Shown: piece after piece, positions 48,931 to 60,801 of the stretch
Layout: the number at the start of each line of letters is the position of its first letter
How positions within the stretch are numbered: position 1 is the first letter of the stretch
NCBI GenBank assembly: GCA_963707225.1
Contig: CAVPQF010000078.1
Coordinates: 6,314-70,313, forward strand
Length of the DNA stretch: 64,000 nucleotides
Reading direction: 5' to 3'
Origin: an uncultured Gammaproteobacteria bacterium
GTDB taxonomy: Bacteria > Pseudomonadota > Gammaproteobacteria > Xanthomonadales > Rhodanobacteraceae
The notes under the pieces: model-generated
What the model was told of the DNA's origin: nothing
The model's input: only the letters and a program-made list of their open reading frames with translations
Databases searched by the model: none
Made by a program: the position numbers and the translations under genes

Positions 48931-48952
48931 CCGATGTTCGACCGCGGCGGAT

Positions 48953-49444
48953 TCAGGTGGCGCGATTGTGCGAACGCATGGCGCGCTGCTTCTCGATCTG
49001 CCAGTCACGCTGTTTTTCGGTGTCGCGCTTGTCGTGCTCCTGCTTGCCGCGGGCAAGGCCGATCTCGACTTTCACCTTGTTGCCTTTCCAGTACATCGCG
49101 GTGGGCACCAGGGTGTAGCCCTTGCGCTCGACGGCGCCGACCAGCTGGTCGATCTCCTTGCGGTGCAGGAGCAGCTTGCGGGTGCGCCGGTCCTCGGCGA
49201 TGACGTGGGTGGAGGCGCTGATCAATGGCGGAATCGATGCGCCCACCAGGAAGATCTCGTTCTTCAGGACGACGGCATAACTGTCGCCGAAGTTGATCCG
49301 GCCCGCGCGCAATGCTTTCAGCTCCCAGCCCTGCAGCGCGACGCCGGCCTCGAAGCGCTGGTCGATGTGATACTCGAAGCGCGCACGCTTGTTGAGCGCA
49401 ATGGTGCCGCCGCCCTTGTTGTCCTTGTCCTTTGCCTTGGCCAT
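48953..49444 (-). CDS. smpB: SsrA-binding protein
   Basis: 163 aa. Contains IALNKRARFEYHIDQRFEAGVALQGWELKALRAGR and the tail KQEHDKRDTEKQRDW. Confidence 0.95.
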   Translation of the reverse strand: MAKAKDKDNKGGGTIALNKRARFEYHIDQRFEAGVALQGWELKALRAGRINFGDSYAVVLKNEIFLVGASIPPLISASTHVIAEDRRTRKLLLHRKEIDQLVGAVERKGYTLVPTAMYWKGNKVKVEIGLARGKQEHDKRDTEKQRDWQIEKQRAMRSHNRAT

Positions 49445-49559
49445 GTCCGTTAAACTCGGGCGCGTCGCCCTGTGGTCTGTCCTGTCCCGTCGGGAACGGA
49501 CTCATTGAAAAAGTGCAGCCATGGAATGGCTGCTTCTTGATCCTCGCATTCAGGGATGA

Positions 49560-50015
49560 ATGCAAAAACCATCGAGGGTTGCCGTGATCGAAATTCGTCG
49601 CAGCGCGTTGGTGAAGTATTCGCCAGCGCAGATGTTCGACCTGGTCAATGACGTTGAAGCATACCCAAAGCGCTTCTCCTGGTGCGCCGCCGCCGAGGTC
49701 GTCGAGCGCAAGGAGGATGTGCTGGTGGCGCGGCTGGATCTCAAGTTTGCCGGATTCCACCAGAGCTTCACCACGCGCAACACCATCGATCCGCCGCGGC
49801 GCCTGCGGATGGACCTGGTTGACGGCCCGTTCCGCAGCCTCGATGGCGTATGGGACTTCATCGCTCTTGGTGATGCTGGTTGCAAGGTCGCGTTTGCGCT
49901 GGATTTCGATTACGCCGGCCGGCTCGGTGGAGCTGCGCTGAAGCTGGGTTTCCAGGGCTTGGCCGGGCGCATGGTGGACGACTTCTGCCGCGAGGCCGAG
50001 CGCGTCTATGGCTGA
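49560..50015 (+). CDS. ratA: RatA/YfjG-family SRPBCC protein (ribosome-association toxin / CoQ-binding type)
   Basis: IEIRRSALVKYSPAQMFDLVNDVEAYPKRFSWC. The true start may be the GTG a few codons in. Shows the conserved smpB-divergent arrangement with rnfH. Confidence 0.8.
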   Translation: MQKPSRVAVIEIRRSALVKYSPAQMFDLVNDVEAYPKRFSWCAAAEVVERKEDVLVARLDLKFAGFHQSFTTRNTIDPPRRLRMDLVDGPFRSLDGVWDFIALGDAGCKVAFALDFDYAGRLGGAALKLGFQGLAGRMVDDFCREAERVYG

Positions 50016-50286
50016 GCGCACGATCCGCGCGGAAGTGGTTTATGCAGGGACGGAACAGCCGATCCGGCGCCGGGTCGAGCTCGCCGATGGCAGCACGGTG
50101 ATGCAGGTCATCGACGCCTCGGGGATTGCCGCCGTGCTTCCGGACGGTGCGATCAATCCGGCTCGTCTCGGCATCTTCGCTCGAAAGGTGGCGCCGGATC
50201 GACTCGTGCGGGAAGGCGACCGGATCGAGATCTACCGGCCGCTGCTGCTTGATCCGATGGAAGCGCGTCGTCGGCGTGCACGCTGA
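50008..50286 (+). CDS. rnfH: RnfH-family ubiquitin-like protein
   Basis: 92 aa. Contains IRAEVVYAGTEQ... and LVREGDRIEIYRPLLLDP. Overlaps the ratA stop. Confidence 0.85.
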   Translation: MAERTIRAEVVYAGTEQPIRRRVELADGSTVMQVIDASGIAAVLPDGAINPARLGIFARKVAPDRLVREGDRIEIYRPLLLDPMEARRRRAR

Positions 50287-50315
50287 CGATCGACGGGCGG
50301 AGCGAGCCGCCCCGG

Positions 50316-50786
50316 TCAATGCCCGTCGTTGCTGTCCGGATTGCCGCCCTGGCCGAAGCCGCCGTCATTCTTCTTGTCGTCCGGGGACGTGCTCTTGTCG
50401 CCCTGGGTCTCATCGACCGGATAGCCGGCGTTGTACTTCTTGCTGTCCTTGACCAGTTGCTGGGCATCCTGCGCAAAGAAATCGCCCTCGGTGCGCACCA
50501 GCGTGTCATTGTTGAAGGTCAGGGTGAACGTGCGCACTTTCATGGCGCTGCCACGGTGCGACAGGGTCGATACGTAGTCCCAACGGCTCTGGTCGAACGG
50601 CGTGCTCACCGATGGTGTGCCCATCAGCACCAGCACCTGGCGCTTGGTCATGCCGGGCTTGAGCTGATCCACCGTTTTCTTGTCGAGCAGGTTGCCTTGC
50701 TGCACGTCGGGTTTGTAGACGATATGGCAGCCGGCAATGGAAAGCGCCAGCATGGCGAAAACCAGCAGGGTGATCAGCTTTTGCAT
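50316..50786 (-). CDS. bamE: Outer membrane protein assembly factor BamE
   Basis: Lipobox LSIAGC, then YKPDVQQGNLLDKKTVDQLKPGMTKRQVLVLMGTP. Confidence 0.9.
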   Translation of the reverse strand: MQKLITLLVFAMLALSIAGCHIVYKPDVQQGNLLDKKTVDQLKPGMTKRQVLVLMGTPSVSTPFDQSRWDYVSTLSHRGSAMKVRTFTLTFNNDTLVRTEGDFFAQDAQQLVKDSKKYNAGYPVDETQGDKSTSPDDKKNDGGFGQGGNPDSNDGH

Positions 50787-50861
50787 GCGTGTTGCGTCCG
50801 GATCATGAAGGTGTCGGATGATACACTACCGGCTTGGAAACGCCGTGTGCTGGGGTGGGTC

Positions 50862-51287
50862 ATGGAACAGGAAACCAAAGAGCTGCGCAGGGTTGGCCTC
50901 AAGGTGACCCATCCGCGCATGCGCATCCTGCAAATCTTCGACGAGGAGGGCGTCCAGCACCTCACCGCTGAAGACGTCTACAAGAAACTGCTTGCCCACC
51001 AGGAAGACATCGGCCTGGCCACGGTGTACCGCGTGCTGACCCAGTTCGAGGCGGCGGGCATCATCGTCAAGCACAATTTCGAAGGTGGCCAGGCTGTCTA
51101 CGAACTCGACCGCGGCAAACATCACGACCACATGATCGATGTGGACAGCGGGAAAGTGATTGAGTTCGTCAGTGAGGAGATCGAGCGCCTGCAGCACGAG
51201 ATCGCGGCGAGGCACGGCTATGTGATCGAGGATCACAGTCTGGTGCTGTACGTGCGGCCGAAGCAGCGCGCTCCTCGCAAAGGCTGA
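50862..51287 (+). CDS. fur: Ferric uptake regulator
   Basis: Start is the ATG at 50862. Contains LRRVGLKVTHPRMRILQIF, GLATVYRVLTQFEAAGI and HHDHMIDVDSGKVIEF. Confidence 0.95.
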   Translation: MEQETKELRRVGLKVTHPRMRILQIFDEEGVQHLTAEDVYKKLLAHQEDIGLATVYRVLTQFEAAGIIVKHNFEGGQAVYELDRGKHHDHMIDVDSGKVIEFVSEEIERLQHEIAARHGYVIEDHSLVLYVRPKQRAPRKG

Positions 51288-51349
51288 AAGGCTGAAGAAT
51301 CGCGATCGTCCGAGTGCTGTCAGGCATGCCGGCTGCGAAAGGCGGGCAT

Positions 51350-51387
51350 AAAAAAGCCGCGAGAAGGACTCCTGTCCGCCCGCGGCT
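51350..51387 (-). terminator. Rho-independent terminator on the minus strand
   Basis: The minus strand reads AGCCGCGGGCGGACAGGAGTCCTTCTCGCGGCT followed by TTTTTT. Confidence 0.65.
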
Positions 51388-51590
51388 GCTCCCCTACCTG
51401 TCGACCGGCAACGCGAATGGCTCGCTGTTGCCTTTGACTCTCGCCAGGTAGTGGCGAAACGGCATCCTGCCGTTGTTTCAGAGCCCCCGTCCCCACGGTG
51501 ACCCTGATCCACCATCTTGCGATGGTGGCTCCCCCACATCGATGGACAGATCCTAACGAGGGCTTCACGTTTCCGGTATCGGAAAAATTC
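51388..51590 (-). other. Structured transcript tail or candidate small RNA between the kinase stop and the terminator
   Basis: Minus-strand hairpins: CCACCATC-gcaa-GATGGTGG, AACGGCA-gga-TGCCGTT and GGCAAC...GTTGCC, the last enclosed by CCACTACCTG...CAGGTAGGGG. No credible ORF. Confidence 0.3.
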
Positions 51591-53189
51591 CTAGTTCTGC
51601 CGGCCGCTTTCGGGCGGATGGTTGTTGCCCCGCAGCAAAATTCGCAGGTGTACACCTGCCGGAGCGGGACGCAATCGGAACTGTCCGCCCAGCGAGGTGA
51701 CCCGGTCGCGCATGCCCTGCAGGCCGCGGCCACCGCGGGGCAGGCGGCTGGGCAGGCCAGTGCCGTCATCGCGCAGGTCGAGCAGGGCCACCGCGATGCC
51801 CTGGCGCTCGCCGATACGCAGGCGCAACCTGAACTCGCTGGCCTTGGCGTGCTTGACGGCGTTGGTCGCACTTTCCTGCACCAGCCGGTAGATCGCGGTG
51901 CGGGTGTCGTCGTCCAGCAGGCGGGGATCGCCGTGCAGTTCGGTGTGGTAGGTCATCCCGGCGGTATTCAGCAGGTCGCGGATGGGGCCTTCATCGAGGG
52001 CGCGCAGCAATCCGAACTCATCCAGCACGGCGGGGCGCAGGTCGTCCAGCAGGCGGTGCAGGGCGCGCCGCATATGCGCCAGGATGGTATTGATCGAGGT
52101 GCTGATGTCTTCCATGCCGGCCTGATGCAGGCGCGTCTGGGCCAGTTTCACGTGGGTCTGGATCGCGGTGATGTTCTGGCCCAGCTCGTCGTGCAGCTCG
52201 GCAGCCAGGTGGCGGCGCTGGTTTTCGTCCGCCTGCAGGTTGCCGCGGGCGGCGTCGCGCAGTTGATGGGCCAGTTGGTCCAGTCGACGGTTGACTGCGC
52301 CCAGGTAGACGTTCTGCTCGGCCACTCGTTCGCTGCTTCGACGCAACGCATCGGTGGCCGACCCCAGCATCAGCGCGCCCGTGCCGGCCACCGCCAGGAA
52401 CAGGTAGGCCGCGGCGTTCGACGGGGCATGACCCAGGTGCTGGTCGACCAGGGTCATGCCGAGACTGGTGATGAGCATGGCCAGGCTGGCGCCGCGCCAG
52501 CCGTGGCGGAATGCGAAGAACAGCACCGGCGCCAGCGACAGCACGCGGGCAAATTGCGGTTGCGGCGCGGCCTGCTCGGACAGCACCAGCAGGATCGTCA
52601 TGGAAGGCAGCATCACCAGCAGCCCATCCATGAACAGGCTGGCCAGGGCGCGTTGCTCGATCCGGGTACGCAACAGCATGATCATCAATGGAACGATCAG
52701 CAGGATGCCCAGGTAATGGCTGAGCAGTTCCTCGCCGAGCACGCGGATCATCAGTTCGGGCGAGCTCGGCGTGCTGACCAGCGCCAGCAATGCGGCATCG
52801 ACGGCGGTGGTGGCAGTCACCACCAGCACGACCGAAAGCAGCAGGCGGGTCACCTCCTGCGGGCTGTGCAGGCTCGCGTGCAGGTTGAAGCGCCGCAGCA
52901 GCCACAGGCCGGCGGCCATCACCAGCGGTTCGGGCAACTCGTCGACGGCGAAACCGAACCAGCCCAGTGGCTGGCCATGGGCCAGGCTGATGCCGGCGGT
53001 GGCGACCAGTTCGGCCCCCAGCAGCCAGCCCCAGTAGCGAACCGGGGTGAGCAGCAGGGCGCCGAAGCGCAGCCCATACGGCAGCATCCAGTAGGGCTGC
53101 ACGGTCAGCCACAGCAGCAGCCACAACAGCAGGTAACTGGCAGCGAGCACGGGGCCGGAATCGGGCAGGCGTAGGGGCTTCTGGCGCAT
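51591..53189 (-). CDS. MASE1-type membrane sensor histidine kinase (NarX/UhpB-like HisKA_3)
   Basis: The N-terminal half is polytopic. H-box is RRHLAAELHDELGQNITAI; the HATPase domain ends LQGMRDRVTSLGGQFRL. Confidence 0.85.
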   Translation of the reverse strand: MRQKPLRLPDSGPVLAASYLLLWLLLWLTVQPYWMLPYGLRFGALLLTPVRYWGWLLGAELVATAGISLAHGQPLGWFGFAVDELPEPLVMAAGLWLLRRFNLHASLHSPQEVTRLLLSVVLVVTATTAVDAALLALVSTPSSPELMIRVLGEELLSHYLGILLIVPLMIMLLRTRIEQRALASLFMDGLLVMLPSMTILLVLSEQAAPQPQFARVLSLAPVLFFAFRHGWRGASLAMLITSLGMTLVDQHLGHAPSNAAAYLFLAVAGTGALMLGSATDALRRSSERVAEQNVYLGAVNRRLDQLAHQLRDAARGNLQADENQRRHLAAELHDELGQNITAIQTHVKLAQTRLHQAGMEDISTSINTILAHMRRALHRLLDDLRPAVLDEFGLLRALDEGPIRDLLNTAGMTYHTELHGDPRLLDDDTRTAIYRLVQESATNAVKHAKASEFRLRLRIGERQGIAVALLDLRDDGTGLPSRLPRGGRGLQGMRDRVTSLGGQFRLRPAPAGVHLRILLRGNNHPPESGRQN

Positions 53190-53285
53190 GCGCGGATGTT
53201 ACATGCGCACTGCAGCATGGTGGTCGGCCTTGTCGCCGGCAAGCCGGATGTGCATAACGGTGAGGTCCCTGTGTAAAGTAGCGGG

Positions 53286-53921
53286 ATGTACAGCATTGTT
53301 CTGGTCGATGATCACGCCATCGTTCGCGAGGGCTTCAAGCGGCTGATCGAGATGGAATCGGATCTCGACGTGGTAGCCGAGTGCCGCAGCGCCGACGATG
53401 CGGTCGAGGCGGTCAGCCATTGGCGCCCCGACCTGGTCGCGCTGGATCTGTCCCTGCCCGATGGCAGCGGATTGCCGCTGATCGAGCACCTGCTCAGCGT
53501 CCACGCGCAAACTCACATCGTGGTGTTGAGCATGCACGATGGCGAGCCGTACGTGTCCGAGGCGCTGCGCCGCGGCGCCAGCGGTTACGTCACCAAGGGT
53601 GTGGCGCCGGAGGAACTGGTGGCGGGCCTGCGCGCGGTGATGCAGGGCGAGTGCTTCCTCAGTTCGGATCTGCGCCAGCGCCGGGTTGACCGGCCGAATG
53701 CGGCACTGGACCCTCTCGACCGACTCACCACGCGTGAACGCGAGGTATTCCTGTTGCTGGCCGGGGGGCGTGCGCCGAAGCAGGTGGCGGCGGAGCTGGG
53801 CATCGGGCAGAAGACGGTCTACATCCATCGCGCCAGCCTGATGGGCAAGCTGGGTGCCGGTTCGGAACTGGACCTGTACCGGATGGCGAGCGAGCGCGGC
53901 ATGCTGTCGCCGGCCGGGTGA
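53286..53921 (+). CDS. NarL/LuxR-family response regulator
   Basis: MYSIVLVDDHAIVREGFKRLI...DLVALDLSLPDGSG and LTTREREVFLLLAGGRAPKQVAAELGIGQKTVYIHRASLMGKL. Confidence 0.9.
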   Translation: MYSIVLVDDHAIVREGFKRLIEMESDLDVVAECRSADDAVEAVSHWRPDLVALDLSLPDGSGLPLIEHLLSVHAQTHIVVLSMHDGEPYVSEALRRGASGYVTKGVAPEELVAGLRAVMQGECFLSSDLRQRRVDRPNAALDPLDRLTTREREVFLLLAGGRAPKQVAAELGIGQKTVYIHRASLMGKLGAGSELDLYRMASERGMLSPAG

Positions 53922-53928
53922 CCTTGCA

Positions 53929-55602
53929 TCAGGCGGTCTGTGCCCGCTCCAGCATCTGCTTCGCGTGGGCCCGCGTCTCGCGGGTGATCTCGACGCCACC
54001 CAGCATGCGCGCCAGTTCGTCGCGGCGACCGGCGGCGTCGAGTCTTTCGATCTGCGTGCGGGTGGAATCGCCGTCGCTGTGCTTGCTGACCCGCAGATGC
54101 GCGTGGCCCTGGGCGGCCACCTGTGGCAGGTGGGTGACGCACAGCACCTGGCGCTGTGCGCCCAGCGCGCGCAGTTTCTGTCCGACCACTTCGGCGACGG
54201 CGCCGCCGATGCCGGTGTCGACCTCGTCGAAGATCATGCTGCCGACCGTGTCCTTGCCCAGGGTGGCGACTTCGATCGCCAGGCTGATGCGGGCCAGTTC
54301 GCCGCCGGAGGCAACCTTGCGCAGCGGTCGCGGCGGCTGGCCGGGATTGGCGCTTACCAGCAGTTCGCAGCGCTCGAGCCCTTGCGGATCCGGTTCGCTG
54401 CCGGCAACCGGCTCCAGTTCGACGCGCAAGAGGCCGCCGGCCATTCCCAGTTCGGCCATCAGCACGCTGACCTCGTCGCCCAGCCTGGTGGCAGCCGTCG
54501 CGCGCGCGCCGCTGAGCCTGGCCGCCGTGCTGGCGTAATCGTCCTGCAGGCGCTGGCGTTGTTCCGCCAGTTGTTCCAGCGCGTCGCCGGCACCTTCGAG
54601 TTCGACCAGCTCGGCGTGCAAGGCGGCCAGCCGGTCGTGCAGTTCGGCCACCGGCAGCCGATGCCGGCGCGACAGGTCGTGGAGGCGGGCCAGGTGATTG
54701 TTGACCTCGGTGTAGCGCTCCGGGTCGAGGTCGACGTCCTGCGCATAGCGCGCCAGGCCATCAGCAGCTTCGCCAAGTTCGATGCCGGCGTTGTCCAGCA
54801 GTTCCAGCAGCGGGGTCAGCTTGTCGTCGAGCGCGGCCAGCTTGCCGAGTTCGGCGTGCGCCCGGCCGAGTGCGCGGCGCAGGGCGAATTCGCTGTCGCC
54901 ATCGAGCAGTTCGACCACGCCGGCCGTGCCTTCGGCCAAACGGCCGGCGTTGGCGAGGCGCTTGTGGTTCGCCTCGAGTTCGTCCAGTTCGGCGGGCGGC
55001 AGCGCCCATTTTTCCAGTTCGTCGATTTCATGCCGCAGCAGTTCGATGCGCTGATCGCGATCATCGCCACCGCTGAGCTTGCGCATGCGCGCGCCCAGTT
55101 CGCGCCATTGCACGGCACTGTCACGCACCTGCGCCAGCAAGTCGTCATGGCCGGCGTAGGCATCCAGCAGGGCCAGCTGGTGCGACCTCGACAGCAGGGC
55201 CTGATGTTCGTGCTGGCCGTGGATCTCGACCAGCAGCGCGGCCAGTTCGCCAAGCTGGCGGGCGTTCGCGGGGCGGCCATTGATCCAGGCCTTGGAGCTG
55301 CCCTCGACGCGGATCACCCTGCGCAACTGGCAGCCGCCGTCCTCGTCCAGTTCCTCGCGTTGCAGCCAGTCGCGGGCTTCGGGCAGGTCGGCCAGGTCGA
55401 ACTCGGCAGCCAGTTCCGCGCGATCGCTGCCGGCACGCACCATGCCGCTGTCGGCGCGGGCGCCGGCCAGCAGCATCAGCGCGTCGACCAGCAGCGACTT
55501 GCCGGCGCCGGTTTCGCCACTGACCACGGTCAGGCCCGGGCCGAACGCGACCTCGGCGGCTTCGACGACGGCAAAATGACGGACGTAGAGCGAAGTGAGC
55601 AT
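53929..55602 (-). CDS. recN: DNA repair protein RecN
   Basis: Start is the ATG at 55602 (MLTSLYVRHFAVVEAAEVAFGPGLTVVSGETGAGKSLLVDAL). C-terminal region is SGGELARISLA...MIFDEVDTGIGG. Confidence 0.9.
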   Translation of the reverse strand: MLTSLYVRHFAVVEAAEVAFGPGLTVVSGETGAGKSLLVDALMLLAGARADSGMVRAGSDRAELAAEFDLADLPEARDWLQREELDEDGGCQLRRVIRVEGSSKAWINGRPANARQLGELAALLVEIHGQHEHQALLSRSHQLALLDAYAGHDDLLAQVRDSAVQWRELGARMRKLSGGDDRDQRIELLRHEIDELEKWALPPAELDELEANHKRLANAGRLAEGTAGVVELLDGDSEFALRRALGRAHAELGKLAALDDKLTPLLELLDNAGIELGEAADGLARYAQDVDLDPERYTEVNNHLARLHDLSRRHRLPVAELHDRLAALHAELVELEGAGDALEQLAEQRQRLQDDYASTAARLSGARATAATRLGDEVSVLMAELGMAGGLLRVELEPVAGSEPDPQGLERCELLVSANPGQPPRPLRKVASGGELARISLAIEVATLGKDTVGSMIFDEVDTGIGGAVAEVVGQKLRALGAQRQVLCVTHLPQVAAQGHAHLRVSKHSDGDSTRTQIERLDAAGRRDELARMLGGVEITRETRAHAKQMLERAQTA

Positions 55603-55666
55603 GGGCAGGCTGATGATGGGGTGGTGGGATTGTAGCGGCAGCCCGGTGGCGCAAAACATCATTCCA

Positions 55667-55695
55667 CTTGCAAGCTGCGCGCGCAGACCTTATTT
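55667..55695 (+). promoter_or_regulatory. Possible sigma-32-type promoter upstream of hrcA
   Basis: CTTGCAA-N14-CCTTATTT, a partial match to CTTGAAA-N13-15-CCCCATnT. Confidence 0.3.
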
Positions 55696-55725
55696 CTGTC
55701 GGGTCTCAAGGATTGCTACGACAGC

Positions 55726-56796
55726 ATGATCAACCCGCATGGCCACGACCTCGACTCACGCGCGCGCCGCCTGCTGCGCACGCTGATCGCCCAGTATCTG
55801 GTCGACGGCGAACCGGTTGGCTCGCGCACGCTGTCGCGTTCGTCCGGCCTGGACGTGAGCCCGGCGACGATCCGCAACATCATGGCCGATCTCGAGGATG
55901 CCGGCCTGGTCGCCTCGCCGCACACCTCGGCCGGGCGTGTCCCGACGCCGCGCGGCCTGCGCCTGTTCGTAGACAGCCTGATCGAGCTGCAGCCGCTGCC
56001 GCGCGCGGAAATGGCCCGCCTGCAGCGCGAACTGCCGCCGGGGCCGACCACCACGCGCGACCTGCTCGGCAATGTCTCCACCCTGCTGTCAGCGATGACC
56101 CGCTTCGCCGGGGTGGTCACGGTGCCGCGTCAGGCCGACTTTCCACTGCGGCATATCGATTTCGTGGCATTGCCGGATGCACGGGTGCTGGTGATCCTGG
56201 TGTTCAGCGACAACCAGGTGCAGAACCGCATCGTGCAACTGGCGCGGCCGCTCGACGGCCGCGAGCTGGAGCAGGCGGCGAACTATCTGAACAGCCACTT
56301 CACCGGTCTGCGCGTGGACGACATCCGCGCCCACCTGCTGGCCGAAGTGCGCAAGGCCGGCAGCGAGTTGAACCAGTTGCTGGCCAGCACGGTGGAGCTG
56401 GCCACCGCCTCGTTCGCGCCGCCCGCAAGCGGCCCCAGTGGTCCGGACGTGCTGGTCAGCGGCCAGACCAACCTGATGGGCTATTCCGAGCTGGCCGACA
56501 TGCAGCGCCTGCGCGAGCTGTTCGAGGCGTTCCAGCAGAAGAATGAATTGCTGCAGCTGATGGAAGTCTGCGCCCGGGCGCCGGGCGTGCGCCTGTTCAT
56601 CGGCGAGGAATCCGGCTTCACCGCCCTCGACGGCTGCAGCGTGGTCACCGCCAGCTACGGCGCGCAGGGACGCGTGCTTGGCGCGGTCGGCGTGATCGGT
56701 CCGACCCGGATGGCCTACGAGCGGGTGATTCCAGTGGTGCAGGCTACCGCCGGATTGCTCAGCGACGCCTTGAATCGCGCCGCCACGACCCTATAA
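55726..56796 (+). CDS. hrcA: Heat-inducible transcription repressor HrcA
   Basis: SRARRLLRTLIAQYLVDGEPVGSRTLSR...SPATIRNIMADLEDAGLVASPHTSAGRVPT. Confidence 0.9.
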   Translation: MINPHGHDLDSRARRLLRTLIAQYLVDGEPVGSRTLSRSSGLDVSPATIRNIMADLEDAGLVASPHTSAGRVPTPRGLRLFVDSLIELQPLPRAEMARLQRELPPGPTTTRDLLGNVSTLLSAMTRFAGVVTVPRQADFPLRHIDFVALPDARVLVILVFSDNQVQNRIVQLARPLDGRELEQAANYLNSHFTGLRVDDIRAHLLAEVRKAGSELNQLLASTVELATASFAPPASGPSGPDVLVSGQTNLMGYSELADMQRLRELFEAFQQKNELLQLMEVCARAPGVRLFIGEESGFTALDGCSVVTASYGAQGRVLGAVGVIGPTRMAYERVIPVVQATAGLLSDALNRAATTL

Positions 56797-56875
56797 CCGC
56801 AGCGGGAGGCGGGGTTTCTCGCAAATCTGGACGGTCGGCATGCGTGCCGGCCATGACAATCGTTTGGAGTGAGGC

Positions 56876-57409
56876 ATGCAGAACAACGATCCGCAGTCGC
56901 CGGGCGAGGCGCCGATTCAGGGCCAGGCCGCCGAATCGACGACCACCGAACTGGCAGACCTGCAGGCGCGCGTGGCCGAGCTGGAAGCCAGCAATGCCGA
57001 GTTGCGCGAGACGGTATTGCGCGAACACGCGGAACTGGAGAACCAGCGCCGCCGCCTGCACCGCGACCTGGAACAGGCCCGCCGTTTCGCCAACGAGAAA
57101 CTGCTGGGCGAACTGCTGCCGGTCTACGACGGCCTGGAGAGCGGCCTGGCGATCGAGGGCGGTGACCTCGCCTCGATGCGCGAAGGCCTCGGCCTGACCC
57201 TGAAGGCGCTGCTGAAGGTGGCCGAGAATCATGGCATGGCACAGGTCGACCCGCTGGGCCAGCCACTCGATCCGGAACGTCACCACGCGGTGAGCATCGT
57301 CGAGGCGCCGGGCCAGGCGCCGGGTACCGTGGTCAGCGTGCTGCAGAAGGGTTATGTGCTGAACGATCGCCTGCTGCGCCCGGCGCTGGTCGCGGTGGCG
57401 AAGGACTGA
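56876..57409 (+). CDS. grpE: Nucleotide exchange factor GrpE
   Basis: 177 aa. Contains [40 protein letters not shown] and [18 protein letters not shown]. Confidence 0.9.
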   Translation: MQNNDPQSPGEAPIQGQAAESTTTELADLQARVAELEASNAELRETVLREHAELENQRRRLHRDLEQARRFANEKLLGELLPVYDGLESGLAIEGGDLASMREGLGLTLKALLKVAENHGMAQVDPLGQPLDPERHHAVSIVEAPGQAPGTVVSVLQKGYVLNDRLLRPALVAVAKD

Positions 57410-57486
57410 ATGGCGCACGGTCTGGCGCCTGCCTGAATGGCGCGCCGGGCCGCACGCAAGAAATCGCATCCGGGGCCTTGCCGGCA

Positions 57487-57513
57487 TTGAATCGCCGGAG
57501 CAGGTCCCCATCT
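57487..57513 (+). promoter_or_regulatory. Sigma-32-type heat-shock promoter upstream of dnaK
   Basis: TTGAAT-N13-CCCCATCT, about 50 bp upstream of the dnaK ATG. Confidence 0.5.
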
Positions 57514-57563
57514 GGAAATCATCGCGGCCGCGGGGGCCGCAAGAAAATTTGGAGAGCTTACAC

Positions 57564-59489
<1,926 letters not shown>

Positions 59490-59621
59490 TTGGCCACCGT
59501 TGTCGGCACGGCCGATGAACCAGCCCGTGCCGGGAACCCCCGGTACGGGCTGTCTGTTGAGCGGAATACGGAACCGTCGACTTCTCTGGCCAGGGCAGCG
59601 ACAAGCAGTGTGGATGGGTGA

Positions 59622-60749
59622 ATGAGCAAGCGTGACTACTACGAGGTGCTGGGCGTCGAGCGCAGCGTCGGCGAAGCCGAACTGAAGAAGTCCTTCCGCC
59701 GGCTGGCGATGAAATACCATCCGGACCGCTGCCCGGACGATCCCACCGCACAGGACAAGTTCAAGGAGGCCAAGGAGGCCTACGAGGTATTGTCCGATGC
59801 CTCGAAGCGCGCGATGTATGACCAGCATGGCCATGCCGCCTTCGAGAACGGCATGGGTGGCCGCAGTGGCGCCGGTTTCGGCGATGTCGGCGACATTTTC
59901 GGCGACATTTTCGGCGACATTTTCGGCCGCAACGGTGGCGGACGCGGCCGGCCGCGGCGTGGCGCTGACCTGCGCTACATCATGGAACTGGATCTGGAGG
60001 AGGCCGTGTTCGGCGTCAGCCGGCAGATCGAGGTGCCGACCCAGGTCAACTGCCACCACTGCAAAGGCAGCGGTTCGGAGGACGGCAAGGTCAGCAAGTG
60101 CAAGACCTGCAACGGCCACGGCCAGGTGCGCATGCAGAACGGCATCTTCTCCATCCAGCAGGCCTGCCCGCATTGCGGCGGCAGCGGCCAGGCGATCGAG
60201 AAGCCGTGCAGGAAATGCCACGGTGAAGGCCGCATCGAGGAAACCCGCACGCTGTCCGTGCAAATTCCCGAAGGCGTCGACAACGGCGATCGCATCCGTC
60301 TGACCGGGCAGGGCGAGGCCGGCCCATCCGGTGCGCCGGCCGGCGACCTGTACGTGGAAGTGCACGTGCGCGAACACGCGATCTTCCAGCGCGACGGCAA
60401 CGACCTGTATTGCGAACTGCCGATCCGCTTCTCGCAGGCGGCGCTGGGCGCCGAACTGCCGGTGCCGACGCTGGAAGGCGAAGTGCCGGTCAGCATTCCG
60501 CCGGAAACACAGACCGGCACCCAGTTCCGCCTGCGTGGCCGCGGGGTCAAGTCCGTGCGCAGCAGTCGCCACGGCGACCTGATCTGTCGCGTGGTGGTGG
60601 AGACGCCGGTTCGCCTGACCAAGCAGCAACGCGAATTGCTGGAGTCGCTGGAGGCCACGTTCGACGGCAGCGATGCCGGCAAGCACACCCCGCGCGCCAA
60701 GGGCTGGGTCGACGGCGTGAAGAAATTCTGGTCGCGGGTCACCGCGTAA
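59622..60749 (+). CDS. dnaJ: Molecular chaperone DnaJ
   Basis: J domain [34 protein letters not shown], a G/F region, and a four-CxxCxGxG zinc finger. Confidence 0.95.
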   Translation: MSKRDYYEVLGVERSVGEAELKKSFRRLAMKYHPDRCPDDPTAQDKFKEAKEAYEVLSDASKRAMYDQHGHAAFENGMGGRSGAGFGDVGDIFGDIFGDIFGRNGGGRGRPRRGADLRYIMELDLEEAVFGVSRQIEVPTQVNCHHCKGSGSEDGKVSKCKTCNGHGQVRMQNGIFSIQQACPHCGGSGQAIEKPCRKCHGEGRIEETRTLSVQIPEGVDNGDRIRLTGQGEAGPSGAPAGDLYVEVHVREHAIFQRDGNDLYCELPIRFSQAALGAELPVPTLEGEVPVSIPPETQTGTQFRLRGRGVKSVRSSRHGDLICRVVVETPVRLTKQQRELLESLEATFDGSDAGKHTPRAKGWVDGVKKFWSRVTA

Positions 60750-60801
60750 AAGCCATCGTCCCCGCTAGCATGTGCGGATCGACCACTGGAGAGCGCTGCC
60801 G

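Noticed and set aside
48090-48952. tmRNA (ssrA) expected next to smpB
   Set aside because: Neither strand shows the GGGGCUGA 5' end, a tag-peptide reading frame, or the tRNA-like ...UCCACCA 3' end. The region is explained by the group II intron.
35201-48952. Prophage or integrative element (integrase, transposase, tRNA attachment site, direct repeats at the ends)
   Set aside because: No integrase, transposase or phage-like ORF, no tRNA, and no flanking direct repeats were seen. The block is called accessory only from gene remnants, cargo type and the intron.
55603-55725. LexA/SOS box upstream of recN
   Set aside because: I found no CTGT-N8-ACAG site and no TTAG...TACTA-type (Xanthomonad) palindrome in the recN-hrcA intergenic region. 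It may exist in a form I do not recognise.
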